64,000 nucleotides of DNA. Origin: the human T2T-CHM13v2.0 reference genome, Homo sapiens. Position 1 is the stretch's first letter; each line of letters begins with the position of its first letter. Below the pieces are notes generated by a model, which was not told where the DNA came from, searched no databases, and saw only the letters and a program-made list of their open reading frames with translations. The stretch is from assembly GCF_009914755.1 (NCBI RefSeq), contig NC_060927.1, one strand, 5' to 3'. Below, piece by piece: positions 61,830-64,000 of this stretch. A program made the translations under genes and the position numbers.

Positions 61830-63110
61830 TGATTGATTCTACAAACATATTTACTATCTACAAGCATCAGTCACTGAGCCATATGCCCAAATAAATGTCA
61901 ATCACCGCCCTAAAGGTAGACTGATGTAAAAGGTAAGAAATTTCAATCCATTGTGTTACACACCATGACAAAGTAGGTATAAGAGATGATGTGACTACTG
62001 TTACTACCAGAAATTAGGGAAGACTCACCAGAGAAAGTGACATTTAAGATGAGTCCTTAAGGGTTTAGCAGAAAGTTAATGGATTGGGAAGAGGAAAGTT
62101 CCTTTTAGATTTTTTTTTAAACTAAGTGTGTAAAGGCATAAAAAGTTATGCTATATGTAGAGATCAATGGGAAGGGTAGATGATGAGAGTATAGGATGTG
62201 GAGTAGGAAATGAGAAGCAGGAACAAGAGGGTAAACAACTGACAGTTTCTTAAATAGAAGAGCTACATAATTGACTCTTATCTGTATACAAAATAACTCC
62301 TGTGTTCCCTGGAAAAGATTGTTTCAGAGAGAGTGACAAGTTAGTAGAGGCCAGTAAGAGAGGAGGGAGTGACAAGCCTTTTGTCTTTACCTCCTTCAAG
62401 TCTCTGCTCAAATATTGCCACTTTACATAGATTGATTTGAATCACCTTCTTTAAATAACAGTCGCTGCTACTCTCTTTCCTTATTTCCTATTTTATTTTT
62501 CTTTAAAAAAATCATTACAGGAATAGTTATCATTTTCCCACTAGTATGTCATTTTTTATATCTTTTGAGATGATTGCCATAGCCTCAGTGACCAGAACAT
62601 TGCCTGGGATATAGTAGCTACTCAGTAAATATTTTGTGAATAAATCAATGATTTTTTTTCAAAATGTGAGCTGATGAAGACCCGGACCAAGGCGATCACC
62701 ATGGGCATAGAGTAGAGACTGCAGACTTAAGAAGCTTTTCTAAATTAAATCAACCAAACGTGTTTGGTGATGGCATATATGTAATGAGGGAGGAAAGATT
62801 AAAAGAGGAGGCGCTTCCTTCACAGTGTGGGAGATAGGATGAATTATGATGACATTCACTGAAATGAAATGTAATATGAACACCTTTGGGAAGGAGATCA
62901 TAAATTCAGTATCAGAGGTGTTGAACATCAGTTCTCTATCAGTCAAAAGGGAATGGAATTGCAGGCCTGGGGCCCAAGAGAAAGATCTGAGATTAAGGTA
63001 GAGATATATAAATCATTAAAAATTGATAGCAGTAGAAGACACAAGTATAAAAGTCATATGAATAGTGGGCATAAGGATATAAATACTGCAAAGTTTAGAG
63101 CATTTGGAAA
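61830..63110 (-). mobile_element. L2 fragments (antisense) with a nested sense L2 3' end at about 62385-62650
   Basis: Antisense L2 motifs (agggaagactcaccagagaaagtgacatttaagatgag; tgacattcactgaaatg); nested ctccttcaagtctctgctcaaat...ctcagtaaatattttgtgaataaat. Confidence 0.55.
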
Positions 63111-64000
63111 AGTATTAAGATCAGGAAATAAAATGATAATATTTTTAAAATGAGAGTTAAGGTTGACAAAAATTCTGTTATTCCAAAGTTGCATTGGGAG
63201 TCTTTGAGATTGACCACTGTTCATCATGAGAACTAGATAAGTTTTTGTTTTTGTTTTGTTTTTTAGCAACAGCATGGGAAGGAAAAAAAATACACTTTTT
63301 GCTAGACTAGTTTGTGATTTTTGCATTTTAAATTTAAGTGTAGAAACTTACTAAGCTTTTAGATTTCAAAAATATGTAGGTCAACATCTGAGTTTAGATT
63401 CATAGAGCACTTTTTGTCTTTCACCAATTCCCTGATAGAACCAGCATCTGAAATGTTCCCTCCTGTCCCAAAATTCTACACCTCCTATGGCTTGTTCTAT
63501 GTACTTATTTCCCGTTTGAATGTCTTTCCTTTTATTCTGTATGTTACAAAGCAGAAATAATTGAATAGCGTGTAGACTTTCTCAGGTGCACACCCTTTTC
63601 TCTCTCCTCTAAATTGGTCACCAAAATTCCATTATGGCAATCTCAACGATGATGGCAATATGATGGTTACCACAACTGCATGCTCATTAGGGAGGAATTT
63701 GAAAGCCATCCATTGGTAAGCTTATTCCAACTTATGCCTGGGAAATGGCCACTTACCTGCTCTTAGTCTATTGTTTTTAATGGAACTGAGACTGCTGGAT
63801 ATTGTGTTGGGGAAAAAAATCCATGCAGAACCAATGATATGTAGGAATTAATGGAATTCCTAGGAAAAAGCAGACACTTTTGTGCTCTTTCGTGAGGGAA
63901 TATGAGAAACAGCTGCTGCCATGTTGTAATCATAAAAGCAAACCATAAGTAGAAGCCAAATATGTAGAAGAATGCAAATCTGAGAAACAAAGAAGCAAAA

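Overview
AT-rich primate (human-like) genomic DNA, intronic or intergenic, with no recognisable host protein-coding exon. A large share is transposable-element relics: a near full-length Tigger1 (1214-3577), three 5'-truncated L1PA copies on the minus strand, older L1M/L1PB, L2 and MIR fragments, twelve Alus (J, S and Y), MER53 and MER2 DNA elements, and several solo LTRs (LTR15, MLT2A2, THE1B, MER11C, MLT1s, LTR16). Every ORF in the track that resembles a known protein comes from L1 ORF2, Tigger transposase or Alu; the rest look like chance ORFs. The most notable items are a 91-bp x5 tandem repeat at 53593-54055 that is dense in transcription-factor-like motifs, an L1 with an apparent 31-nt 3' transduction (38291-39748), a twin-primed inverted L1MA (about 58575-59225), a cluster of LTRs from families with early-development regulatory activity, and a few candidate non-coding or micro exons. 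Repeat family and subfamily names come from my recall of consensus sequences, not from an alignment. I could not identify the locus, and I found no convincing new biological system.
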